Assembly (NCBI RefSeq): GCF_963921235.1
Contig: NC_086097.1
Span: 157,172,001 to 157,236,000, forward strand
Origin: Mobula hypostoma
Taxonomy: Eukaryota
DNA length: 64,000 bases
Reading direction: 5' to 3'
Below are positions 26,628 through 37,741 of this stretch, piece after piece. The position numbers and the translations under genes are program-made. The notes beneath the pieces were generated by a model that ran no database searches, had not been told where the DNA came from, and was given only the letters and a program-made list of their open reading frames with translations. How positions within the stretch are numbered: the first letter of the stretch is position 1; each line of letters opens with the position of its first letter.

Positions 26628-27505
26628 GAAACATAGAAATCCTACAGCATAATAAAGGCCCTTTGGCCCACAAAGCTGTGCCGAACATGTCCTTACCTGA
26701 GAAATTACCTGGGGTTACCCATAGATCTCTATTTTTCTGAGCTCCATATACCTGTCCAGGAGTCTCTTAAAAGACTGTATTGTATCCGCCTCCACTACTG
26801 TCACCAGCAGCCCGTTCCATTTACTCACCACTCTCTGCGTAAAAACATACCCCTGATATCTCCTCTTTACCCACTTCCAAGCACTGTGCCCTGTCGTGCT
26901 AGCCATTTCAGCCCTGGGAAAAAGCCTCTGACTATCCACACGATCAATGCCTCTCATTATCTTATACAGCTCTACCAGGTCATCTCTCATCCTCGGTCAC
27001 TCCAAGGAAAAAAGGCCGAGTTCACTCAACCTATTCTCATAAGGTATTCTCGCCAGTCCAGGCAACATCCTTGTAAATCTCTTCACACCTTTTCTATGGT
27101 TTCCACATCCTTCCTGTCATGAGGCGACCAGAACTGAGAACAGTACTCCAAGTGGGATCTGACTAGGGTCCTATATAGCTGCAACATTACCTCTCGGCCT
27201 CTTCATCAATCCCATGATTTCCGTATGCTTTCTTAACTACACACTCAACCTAAACAGCAGCCTTGAGTGTCCTATGGACTCGGACCCCAAGATCCCTCTG
27301 ATCCTCCACACTGCCAAGAGGTTACCTTTAATACTATATTCTGTCATCATATTTGACCCACCAAAAAGAACCACCTCACACTTATCTGGGTTGAACTCCA
27401 TCTGCCACTTCTCAGCCAGGTTTTGCATCCTATCAATGTTCCGCTGTAACCTCTAACAGCCCTCCACACTATCCACAACACCTCCAATCTTTGTGTCATC
27501 AGCAA
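26628..27505 (-). mobile_element. CR1 LINE 3' fragment
   Basis: KWQMEFNPDKCEVV; MRDDLVELYKIMRGIDRVDSQRLFP; tagaaacatagaaa tail. Confidence 0.92.
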
Positions 27506-29380
27506 GCCTTTAGTGCCAAGATCTCTATTTCCTTCTTAAGTGTATTCAGTGTCCTGACTCCACTATTTCCATGGGAATAAATTGCATAACAACTTCACTT
27601 TTGAATGGAGAAATGTTTCCTCATTTCAGTTTTAAAAGTTCTAGGTCATCCCTTCCTTTTCTCCAGCCTATTGAGCTCTGCTGGAATTTTAATGAAGATG
27701 TTCATCTTCAGTCAGTTCACTTCCCTTGCGATCCTTTCTCTCTCCTTCTGATCTATCCAGGTCCTCTCAACAACTCTTCTAACTCACTGCCCCTGTTATC
27801 TAGTTTCTTTCCTTTCCAACAATCCCTCCACCTCCCATGTTTTATTCTTCTCCTTCTCCTTGTTCTACCAGACTTCCATCCACACAGTCCTGTCACCAGT
27901 CCCAGACGGTTTCATCTGTGCATCATCTCTTCCTTATCTAGTTCTACTTATTGCCTTCTTGACTCATCAGATCCCAAAACCTACAACCTCTTGTGTCCCT
28001 ATTTCTCACCTTTTGTCTCTACTTCCACCTCCTCTATGCTTCACATTGGTTCCATCTGTCCCATTTATTTTCTCTCCTTTTTGTCCACTTCCCTTCTTAC
28101 TCCTTTATTTCTTCCTTCTATCTACCTATCCCTCACCCCTAATCATGTTCCTAATCCACCCCTCCCATACCAGGCTCCAAATGCCCATCAACATCCTTCT
28201 CACTGGTTCCATCCAGAGCTTGGCAGGCCCGGTCTCACCCTTCTCTCTTATCTCTTGTAATGACTATTTCCCCCTCTTCACTCTCTGTCCTAATGTAGGG
28301 CCTTGACCCAAAATGTTGAATATCCTTTGTCTCCACAGATTCTTCCTGACATGCTAAGTAGTTTGTTTTATAATCCAAACTTTTGTGTCTTGATTGCTTC
28401 TAAAGTTGAACAGTCTGGATAGCTACTCTGGAGAAAGTAACTGTAGCTTGAAATTATTGAAATTGGGTTAGTGGAATATAGTGTAAGGAAATGAGGGTTA
28501 TTGCACTTTGGAAGGAAGGTAAAAGTGTAGATTATTTTCTAAATAAGCAGAAAATTCAGAAATTGAGGGTGCAAGGAAATTGGGAGTCCTACTTCAGGCT
28601 TTCCTTAGGGCTAGCTTGCAGTTTTTGTCAGTAGTAAAGAAGGCTAATGAAATGAAAGGATTTATTTTTAGATGTAAGATGGTGGTGCTCTTGGATGTGG
28701 AGGCTACTCTGGGAGCATTCAAAGGAGTTTTTATTCATCCTGTTTCTCTTTTTTACAATCACAAGTAACTACTGGGTACTAAGAACATCAGGTACTGCAG
28801 GACTAACCTATCAGCGAGTTGCCTAATAGCAATGGAGCTGGACACATTGCATACCATTGTTGTGTTGTTGCCTGGACTTGTTCCATACTGTTGTGCTGTG
28901 ACTGTGCAAGTGATTGGCATGGAGATTCTTAGTGGGATTGCAAGACCGTTGTTGACATTGATAATGCAGTGTACTGCAAGTCCGGTTCATTAGTTCATTG
29001 TAAAGACCGGTGGTGGTAGAGTTGCATTGCCTCAGTTATGACAAGTACTAGGCCAAAGCTGTGGTCTCTCCTGTTGCAGCCTCCCAGAAGAAGAGATGTT
29101 GAAGCGGTGTTGAAGAGCCTATGTAGGCTGCACTGAAATCTTTACTAGGTTGGGGCTTGGCCTCTCTCATCAATGCTGCCCTCTAGTGTTTGTTAAGTGG
29201 AAGAACAAGCTGGACCAGGAAAATCTGCAATCATGCCATTCAGGGACTTGGACTATATTATTTTTATCTTTTTTTTCTTTGTGTCTGTTTTTGTGCTATT
29301 TGTGCTATGTGCTGTTGGTAATGTACGTTGCACCTTGGCTCCAGACAAATAATGTTTGGCTATCTTCATGTATGGATGAA

Positions 29381-29660
29381 TGGCACAGTAGTGTAGTGGT
29401 AAGCATGACATTTTACAGTACAAGCAGCCTGAGTTCAATTTCAACCGTTGCCTGTAAAGAGTTTGTACTTTCTCCCTGTTACCACATGGGTTTCCTCCTT
29501 GTGCTCTGGTTTCCTTGCACAGTCCAAAGACATAAAGGTTAGTAGGTTAATTAGTCACTGAAAACTGTCCCATGATTAGACCAGGGTTAAATTGGAAGAT
29601 TGCTGTGTACAGTTGCTCAAAGGGCCTATTCCATGCTGTATCTCAATAAAATTAAATTAA
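29381..29660 (+). mobile_element. tRNA-derived V-domain SINE (HE1-like)
   Basis: A box tagtgtagtgg, B box gagttcaattt, V domain gggtttcctcc..ctggtttcctt..cagtccaaagac. Confidence 0.8.
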
Positions 29661-29741
29661 AATAATTAAACTTGATTTTGAATTTGAATTTGAATTTCAA
29701 CTAAAGGTAAGGATGTATTGCTGAGACTTTATAAGGCATTA

Positions 29742-30450
29742 CAGGTTTCCCCCGCCATCTGAAGGTAGAGCGTTCCTATGAAACGGTTCGTAAGCTGAAA
29801 TGTCGTGAAGCAAAGAAGCAATTACCATTTATTTATATGGGAAAATTTTGTGAGCGTTCGCAGACCAAAAAAAACCTACTAAATCATGCCAAATAACACA
29901 TAAAACCTAAAATAACAGTAACATATAGTAAAAGCAGGAATGATATAAATACACAGCCTATAAAAGTAGAAATACTTCTCTACAACGATCACCTGCACAG
30001 ATCTCCATAGCGAAAATCTCATGCAAGCGCCGTCGGCAGAAAATCTTATGCAAGCGCTGTTGGCAAGAACACTCTGTCCAGTAACCTTTAAGCTGCCAAA
30101 TCATACCAAATAACACGTAAAAATACACAGCCTATATAAAGTAGAAATAACATATGTACAGTGTAGTATCACTTACGGGAATCGGGAAGACTGCGAGCAC
30201 ACTGATGACGGCATGTTAGACTGAGTCGTCGCAGGCTGGGGTGGTGCCGTGGCCCCCACCCACCAGACCGCTGAGCGATACATTGTCGCGAAGCACGCAG
30301 GGGTCCAACGGTAGCCGGGAAGTACACAGCACATCTTTAAGAAAAAAGCCGAAACAAGCATGCTAATTAATTAGGTGCCGCCCGTAATTGTCGGCCCAGA
30401 TCAATGCCGATTTCCGATTGCATCGTCTCTGGTCTGGGCCGACAATTACT
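29742..30450. mobile_element. pogo/Tigger-like non-autonomous element (one end only) containing a hAT-MITE module
   Basis: TA|CAGGTTTCCCCGCC start, internal duplication of ccaaataacac..cagcctata; second TIR not found. Confidence 0.55.
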
Positions 30451-30976
30451 GCTACTTGGTAAGAGTAGACAGTAAGATAATTCAGAATTGTTTTGCTCAT
30501 TGCCTTTTTAAGAACTCAGATTTGGAGATGCCAAAAATGGCCAGGAGTACAAATAAAGTTATTTCACTACTTCAACAAATTAGGAACTACAATGAATTTG
30601 AAGGTGTTGACAATTATCTTGAATATTACAATAAAAATGAAGATTTTGGAGGATACAACCATCAAAAGCATTGTATGAAGGCAGTCCATTATCTGCACTG
30701 GGTGCCTGTGCTGATTTTGTTCATTTACAGTCAATCAAAAGAAGATGGCAGCAGACCCTGGATGAATTCCTCCATCGATAACTATTAGGAATTAATACTC
30801 AGTTTTATAGTACTGTAGTACTTTTGGTAATGTTCTAATTTGAACTGTATTTTATTTAAATACATAATTTGTAATTTGTTTTATTATACCTTATTAACTA
30901 TTTTCATGAAACTTTGGCTAATTGGGCAGCTACTTAACTTGACCAAAGTGTACTTATCACGATGTGTCCCAATTAA
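30451..30976 (+). mobile_element. pogo/Tigger transposase C-terminal remnant and right end
   Basis: VDSKIIQNCFAHC.FK resembles the TIxNCFxKxGF motif of pogo transposases; ends gtgtcccaattaacc. Confidence 0.5.
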
Positions 30977-32434
30977 CCAAAGTCCACAATACTTAATATG
31001 TGAAGAGCTATGGATGTCTTTAGACCTGTACTCAATCAAATTCAGAAGAATGAGACGGTTGCCATTGAAACACACTAGATACTGTAAGGCCTAGATGTTG
31101 CCATTTGTAGGAGAGTCTAGGATCTGAGGACACAGCCTCAGAATAGAGGGATATCCCTTTAGATCTGAGAAGAGAAGGAATTTCCTCTGACAGAGGGTAG
31201 TGAATCTGTGGAATGTGTGGAATCTGTGGGTTTATTTAAGGCAAATTTTGATAGGTTCTTGTTCAGTAAGAAGAAGGCAGATGAATAGGATTGAAAAAGC
31301 ATCAGCAAAACTTCCTTACTTTTATACTCAATACCACTACCAATGAAGGCAAGCATGCCATACATCGTCTATACAACCTCATTCACTTACACAACCACAT
31401 TCAGCGAGCAATGATGACACTTTGATGCACATTGATTATTCATGACATTTACTTTATTTTTTAACACTGCTTTTTTATCTACCATTATCAATTAACCTAC
31501 CAGCATCTTCGGAATACAGAAGGAAACCAGATCACCCATGGAAATCCACATGTTCTTTGAGAGGTCCCTGGAATTGTAAGGCTGAAGCACAAACTGTTGC
31601 ACCACCATGCTATCTTCCCAGACAATTATCTAGCTGAACAAGTCAGTTACTAATTCACAGGACTGGAAAGACCAAGGGATTAGGAAAATAATTGCTATAA
31701 GGTGTACAAATATTTCAGAATGGTGTGTTTTCTAGTGTGCCTCCTTTATTGGAAATGGGTCCTTACAATGAGTCGAACATTACTCCATGACTAGAAACAG
31801 AGCATTTATTAATTGCATAAGTATGAGTATCAAAATGTCGGTGAGATGATTGAGTACAGAGAAATAAGTTTAAGCATCATTTACTTGGATATAAATAACC
31901 TTAAATTCCTTGCAGTTTAATTCATAAATTACTCAGGCTGCTCAAAAATATGGATAGATCAGTAGTGCATGCATACACAGGAATATGTGGAGTATGCAAA
32001 TTGTAACCTAAGTCCTTCTGAAATATAGCTTTAGTGCTTACCTTATCAAATTGGGTCACGACAGTCCAGCAAATGCTGTATGTTAATTTTGCTCTGTTCC
32101 CTTTAACGGAATATGTCACTGAACAATTAACCATCTGAACACATTTTTGCTAAGAAATGAAATGCCAAACACAACATCTGCTGTGAAAATCTCTGGCAAA
32201 TTTAAACACTTTATTGACAAATTTAGACAGCAGCAGAAGATGGAAAACCATTTTGCCATTTTCCTATTTACTACAAGATCAAGCTTAACCATTCAGGCCG
32301 CTGTAATAGTTTTTCATGACATGAAGGAGGATCTGCACCTAATTTACCCGGCTTTGCTCCATTTTCCTGGGTAACAGATTTTGTTAGAAAGGTTAATCTT
32401 GATTGTTTCACATTTTGAGCATTGAAAACGTCTA

Positions 32435-32561
32435 GCGCAAGAAATTCTACAGATGCTGGAAATCCAAAGCAAAACACAAAATACTGGAGGAACAGTAGAT
32501 CAGGCAGCATCCATGGAAATGAACTAATAATCAATGTTTCAGACCGAGACCCTTCGTCAGG
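32435..32561 (-). mobile_element. Penelope terminal repeat with a degenerate hammerhead motif
   Basis: Minus strand CTGACGA-agggtctcggtct-GAAAC followed by att instead of gtc. Confidence 0.75.
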
Positions 32562-33681
32562 CCATCTAGCTGTGCCTTAGTGCTTGATTTGGTGTCTTCT
32601 TATTAAGGCAGACTATTTGGCAGCATCACATGCGCTCTACCAGTGGATCTTCAATTATATTCAGGTAAATTGGTGATAGATTTGGAGCAGAGGTCATTAT
32701 TGAAAACTGCAATTATTAGAGATGGAAAATTAGTATTACACGAGGGCTGAGTACTGGCATTTCAGAATCATTCACTTAAATTGTACAAGTGGACATTAAT
32801 TGCTTTTTGGAGTTGTACCTTTATCCATATCTGTTTGCTGACAGAACTGATACATTGGTGAGCATTACCATACAGTATGTACGATTGTACTTTTCTGGAT
32901 TTTGCAGAACAAAAATTGCTAAGTCTAAATGGTTATATTGTGGGTCCAATATAATTCATCAAAATGCTTGAATCTTGACCTGATTCTCATCAATCAGATT
33001 GAAAAATTACCTTTCTGTTCATTGTTAAAATATGACTCATGGTTAGATTAGATTTTTTGGCTCATTTGGTTTATCCTTTGACATATTTGATTCATGTGTG
33101 TGAAAAATGTTGTTGGCAGACAGAATATAAGTTATCACTCAAGATATTCAATCAAGTCAATAGAAACATTTCCTTCAATTGAATACAGCATAAGCTTTAA
33201 TTTCTCACTTTTGAGGTTCTTATTAGATTGTCAATTCAATAATTACAAATAGAAAGAGGAGTTAGCAGTACTTAATTGCAATTGGTAGAAACATTACAGA
33301 AGTTTTCTTTAATATTACACTGTAAGTAGTGGACATGGATGTTCTCCTGCATTGTTGGTTAAGTTTTAGGTGATTTTAGGAATTTTAGGAATTGAGCAAT
33401 ACAGATCTGGAGGAGTTACAGAACCAGCCAACATTGACAGGATGTTATAATTAAAAAGTGATAACTATGACAATTACCTCTTGCACATTGATGACGCAAA
33501 TTAAAAAGATGACAAACACATAAAATGAAGACAAGTTTGTGTAGTTCTTGTTGCATAACCAAAGGAAAGATGTCACTAAGCTGGAAAAGCTGCAAAAAAA
33601 TATTTGCAAAGATATTACCAGGTATTCAGGGCTTGAATTAAGGGGAGACTGGGTAGACTATAGACTAGAAGTGAAGGAGGC

Positions 33682-33916
33682 TGTTACGTTTTGTAATTTC
33701 AAAACATTAAACTAATTCAAAAGAAGACACAGGAGTCCAAAATGTGAGTCTAACTTTGTGTATATTTTAAGCGAGACGTGCACATGTCACATGGTAGCAT
33801 GATGACAAACGTATTTATACATATAACCCACAATGATTTATTTAAATGAATAATAATGCTTAATCAAACAATATACATACAATATATTTACTCAAATATT
33901 ACCAAAATATTGAATA
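33682..33916. mobile_element. Solo LTR (11497 family)
   Basis: tgttacgttttgtaatttcaaaacattaaactaattc..., aligns by eye with the 11497 and 24977 copies. Confidence 0.7.
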
Positions 33917-33979
33917 GAGAAGACTAGGGGTTACGTTATAGAGGCAGATAGGGTGAATGTTCAGACTTTTTTCTAGGGT

Positions 33980-34264
33980 TAAAGTTAAAGTCTGTCCCGA
34001 GCCTTGTGGCCCATCAGGCCAGCGCTTATGCCGGATTCTGTGGCGTGAAGCAACTGAGAGTATGAGACTCCCCCCAGATAGGGCGCCAGTCTAATGCGAG
34101 GTTAACCCCCAGCATTTGCTGGTACCCATTTTCAGCTGGGTGGACTGGAGCAATGTATGGTTAAGTGCCTTGCTCAAAGACACAACACGCTGCTTTGGCC
34201 GAGACTCAAACCCACGGCCTTCAGATCGCGAGCCCAACACCCTAACCACTTGGCCACACGCCAC
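33980..34264 (-). mobile_element. Young full-length tRNA-derived SINE with 12-bp TSD
   Basis: A box TGGCCAAGTGG, B-box-like GGTTTGAGTC, core ttgagcaaggcacttaac..cacccagctgaaaatgggtacc, (acttta)n tail; TSD tttttctagggt at 33968-33979 and 34265-34276. Confidence 0.88.
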
Positions 34265-34392
34265 TTTTTCTAGGGTAGAGAAATCTAAATCTATAGGACA
34301 TAGATTCACATTTGTAAATTGAGATGGGAATGATTTCAGAGGAGTTTGAGAGTCAACTATTTCCATAGAGCATGGTTTGTATGTGATTCAAA

Positions 34393-36805
34393 GTGTGTAT
34401 ATATATATATATGTGTGTGTGTGTATATATGTGTGTGTGTATATGTGTATGTGTGTGTATATGTGTATGTGTGTGTATATGTGTGTGTGTATATGTGTGT
34501 GTGTATATATATGTATATGTGTGTATATATGTATGTGTGTATATGTGTGTGTATATATGTGTGTATATATGTATGTGTATATATGTGTATATATGTATGT
34601 ATATGTATGTGTATATATGTATGTATATGTATGTGTATATATGTATATATGTATGTATATGTATGTGTATATATGTATATATGTATATGTATGTGTATAT
34701 ATGTATGTATATGTATGTGTATATATGTATATATATGTATGTATATGTATGTGTATGTATGTATGTATATGTATGTGTATGTATGTATGTGTATGTATGT
34801 ATATGTATGTGTATGTATGTATATGTATGTGTATGTATGTATATGTATGTATGTGTATATATGTATATATATATGTATGTATATGTATGTATATATATGT
34901 ATGTATATGTATGTATATATATGTATGTATATGTATGTATATGTATGTATATATATGTATGTATATGTATGTGTATGTATGTATATATATGTATGTATAT
35001 GTATGTGTATGTATATATATATGTATGTATATGTATGTGTATGTATATATATATATGTATGTATGTGTATGTGTATGTATGTATATATATGTATGTATGT
35101 GTATGTGTATGTATGTATATATATGTATGTGTATGTATGTATATATATGTATATGTATGTGTATATATGTGTATATATATGTATGTATATGTATGTGTAT
35201 ATATGTATATATATGTATGTGTATATATGTATATATATGTATGTATATGTATGTGTATATATGTATGTGTATGTATGTATATGTATGTGTATATATGTAT
35301 GTGTATATATGTATATATATATGTATGTATATGTATGTGTATATATGTATATATATGTATGTATATGTATGTGTATATATGTATATATATGTATGTATAT
35401 GTATGTGTATATATGTATATGTATGTATATGTATGTGTATATATGTATATGTATGTGTATATATGTATGTATATGTATGTGTATGTATGTGTATGTATGT
35501 GTATGTATGTATGTATATGTATGTGTATGTATGTATATGTATGTGTATGTATGTGTATATATGTATGTATATGTATGTGTATATATGTGTATATATGTAT
35601 GTATATGTATGTGTATATATGTGTATATATGTATGTGTGTATATGTATGTGTATATATATGTGTGTATATGTATGTGTGTATATGTATGTGTATGTATGT
35701 GTGTATATGTATGTGTATGTATGTGTATGTATGTGTGTATATGTATGTGTATGTATGTGTATACATGTATGTGTATGTATGTGTATGTATGTGTATACAT
35801 GTATGTATATGTATGTGTATGTATGTGTATACATGTATGTATATGTATGTGTATGTATGTGTATACATGTATGTATATGTATGTGTATGTATGTGTATAC
35901 ATGTATGTGTATGTATGTGTGTATGTATGTGTGTGTATATATGTATGTGTATGTATGTGTATGTATGTGTATATATGTATGTGTATGTATGTGTATATAT
36001 GTATGTGTATGTATGTGTATATATGTATGTATATGTATGTGTATGTATGTGTATATATGTATGTATATGTATGTGTATGTATGTGTATGTATGTGTATAT
36101 ATGTATGTATATGTATGTGTATATATGTATATATATGTATGTGTATATATGTGTATATATGTATGTATATGTATGTGTATATATGTATGTATATGTATGT
36201 GTATATATGTGTGTATATGTATGTATATGTATGTGTATATATGTGTGTATATGTATGTGTATATATGTATGTATATGTATGTGTATATATGTATGTATAT
36301 GTATGTATATGTATGTGTATATATGTATGTATATGTATGTATATGTATGTGTATATATGTATGTATATGTATGTATATGTATGTGTATATATGTATGTAT
36401 ATGTATGTATATGTATGTGTATATATGTATGTATATGTATGTATATGTATGTGTATATATGTATGTATATGTATGTGTATATATGTATGTATGTGTATAT
36501 ATGTGTATATATGTATGTATATGTATGTGTATATATGTATGTATATGTATGTATATGTATGTGTATATATGTATGTATATGTATGTGTATGTATGTGTAT
36601 ATATGTATGTATATGTATGTGTATGTATGTATATGTATGTGTATATATGTGTATATATGTATGTATATGTATGTGTATATATGTATGTATATGTATGTGT
36701 ATATATGTGTATATATGTATGTGTATATGTGTGTATATATGTGTATATATGTATGTATATGTATGTGTATATATGTGTATATATGTATGTGTATATATAT
36801 ATATG
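34393..36805. repeat. About 2.4-kb compound (TA/TG)n microsatellite
   Basis: Continuous purine/pyrimidine alternation; source of the spurious long C/V/Y/M/I and H/T/Y/I ORFs. Confidence 0.98.
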
Positions 36806-37560
36806 TTATACAACCTTGAGATTCATCTCCTTACAGGCAGCCACAAAGCGAGAAACCATTATCAAAAAACAACAAACACCCAATGCGTAGAAAGAGAAAA
36901 AAATTGTGCAAACAATAAAAGTAAGCAAGTAGCATTTAGAACGAAATTGAGTTCCCACTCATGGAGGCCAGAGCAGCTGGCACAGGCTCACAGCCTCAGC
37001 CTGAGTTCATCACATAGTCCAGTAACCGTTGTGGAGCTTGCAGACGCAGAGCGCAGAGCAGGCCCACGGGCTCACAGACTCAGCCTTAGTTCAGTGAAGA
37101 GTGGAGTAAATATCATAGAGCAGTGAGCAGAATCAGTCCAACCCTTGCCTCTAGACCCAACACTGTGTCTTTTCAAACCATCTAGCCCAGCATTTAAATC
37201 ATCCAAACATTGGGTCATTCTTCAAGACGTAGGCCCTGTCGCATCAATGCACTCTGGGCCTAGACCCTGCTGCCACGTTTCAGCTGGTACCTGACCTTTC
37301 CAAATCAGCCCAGTGCTTAGATTGATCAAGCCTCGCTCTCAGTTTAGGTGGACGGCCTTTGAATCACCTCTGCTCCGCTCACTCCCACCCACATTCTTCA
37401 ACCCTCAACTCAGCCTCACCTTTGTTCACCTCTTCATTGTTTGCAATGATCATTAAACATTCTTTTTAAAACAGAAAAGTGTTACTAACGAAGTATTTAG
37501 TTGTATTTCTTGCTTTGAAAACTGCCAGTAAGTTGTCACTCATCCTCAACAGTGCCATCT
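36806..37560 (-). mobile_element. Non-autonomous element with a Rex1-type tail (microsatellite lies in its 3' end)
   Basis: tatacaaccttgagattc is the reverse complement of the gaatctcagg(g)ttgtata Rex1 tail motif; the 5' end reads agatggcact on minus. Confidence 0.55.
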
Positions 37561-37661
37561 AAAACCAAAAGTTTTAGTTGCCAGAGGAAGTGATAGAGGC
37601 AGATAAAATTACAATGTTGGAAAGACATTTGGATCGGAATATGAATAGGAACGGTTTAGAG

Positions 37662-37741
37662 CAGGGCTTACCAACTTGGGGTTAATAGAGCCCTCAGTTA
37701 ATGGTGGTGGTCCATGGCATAAAAAAGTTTGGGTACCCCTA
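37662..37741. mobile_element. 80-bp hAT MITE
   Basis: Perfect 8-bp TSD gtttagag at 37654-37661 and 37742-37749; imperfect TIRs cagggcttaccaac / tttgggtaccccta. Confidence 0.8.

Larger units (their letters stand above)
28400..31290 (+). mobile_element. Old CR1 LINE broken into three pieces by nested insertions
   Basis: Collinear CR1 RT C-terminal pieces at about 28400-28670, 29700-29741 and 30985-31290. Confidence 0.65.

Noticed and set aside
27571..28306. 229-aa and 148-aa Ser/Leu/Pro-rich ORFs
   Set aside because: Pyrimidine-rich, stop-poor decayed Penelope-type UTR leading into a terminal repeat.
34190..34264. tRNA gene
   Set aside because: It is the tRNA-derived head of a SINE, continuous with core, tail and TSD.
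34346..37126. Six very long ORFs (493-926 aa)
   Set aside because: RY-alternating repeats cannot form stop codons; the peptides are low-complexity artefacts.
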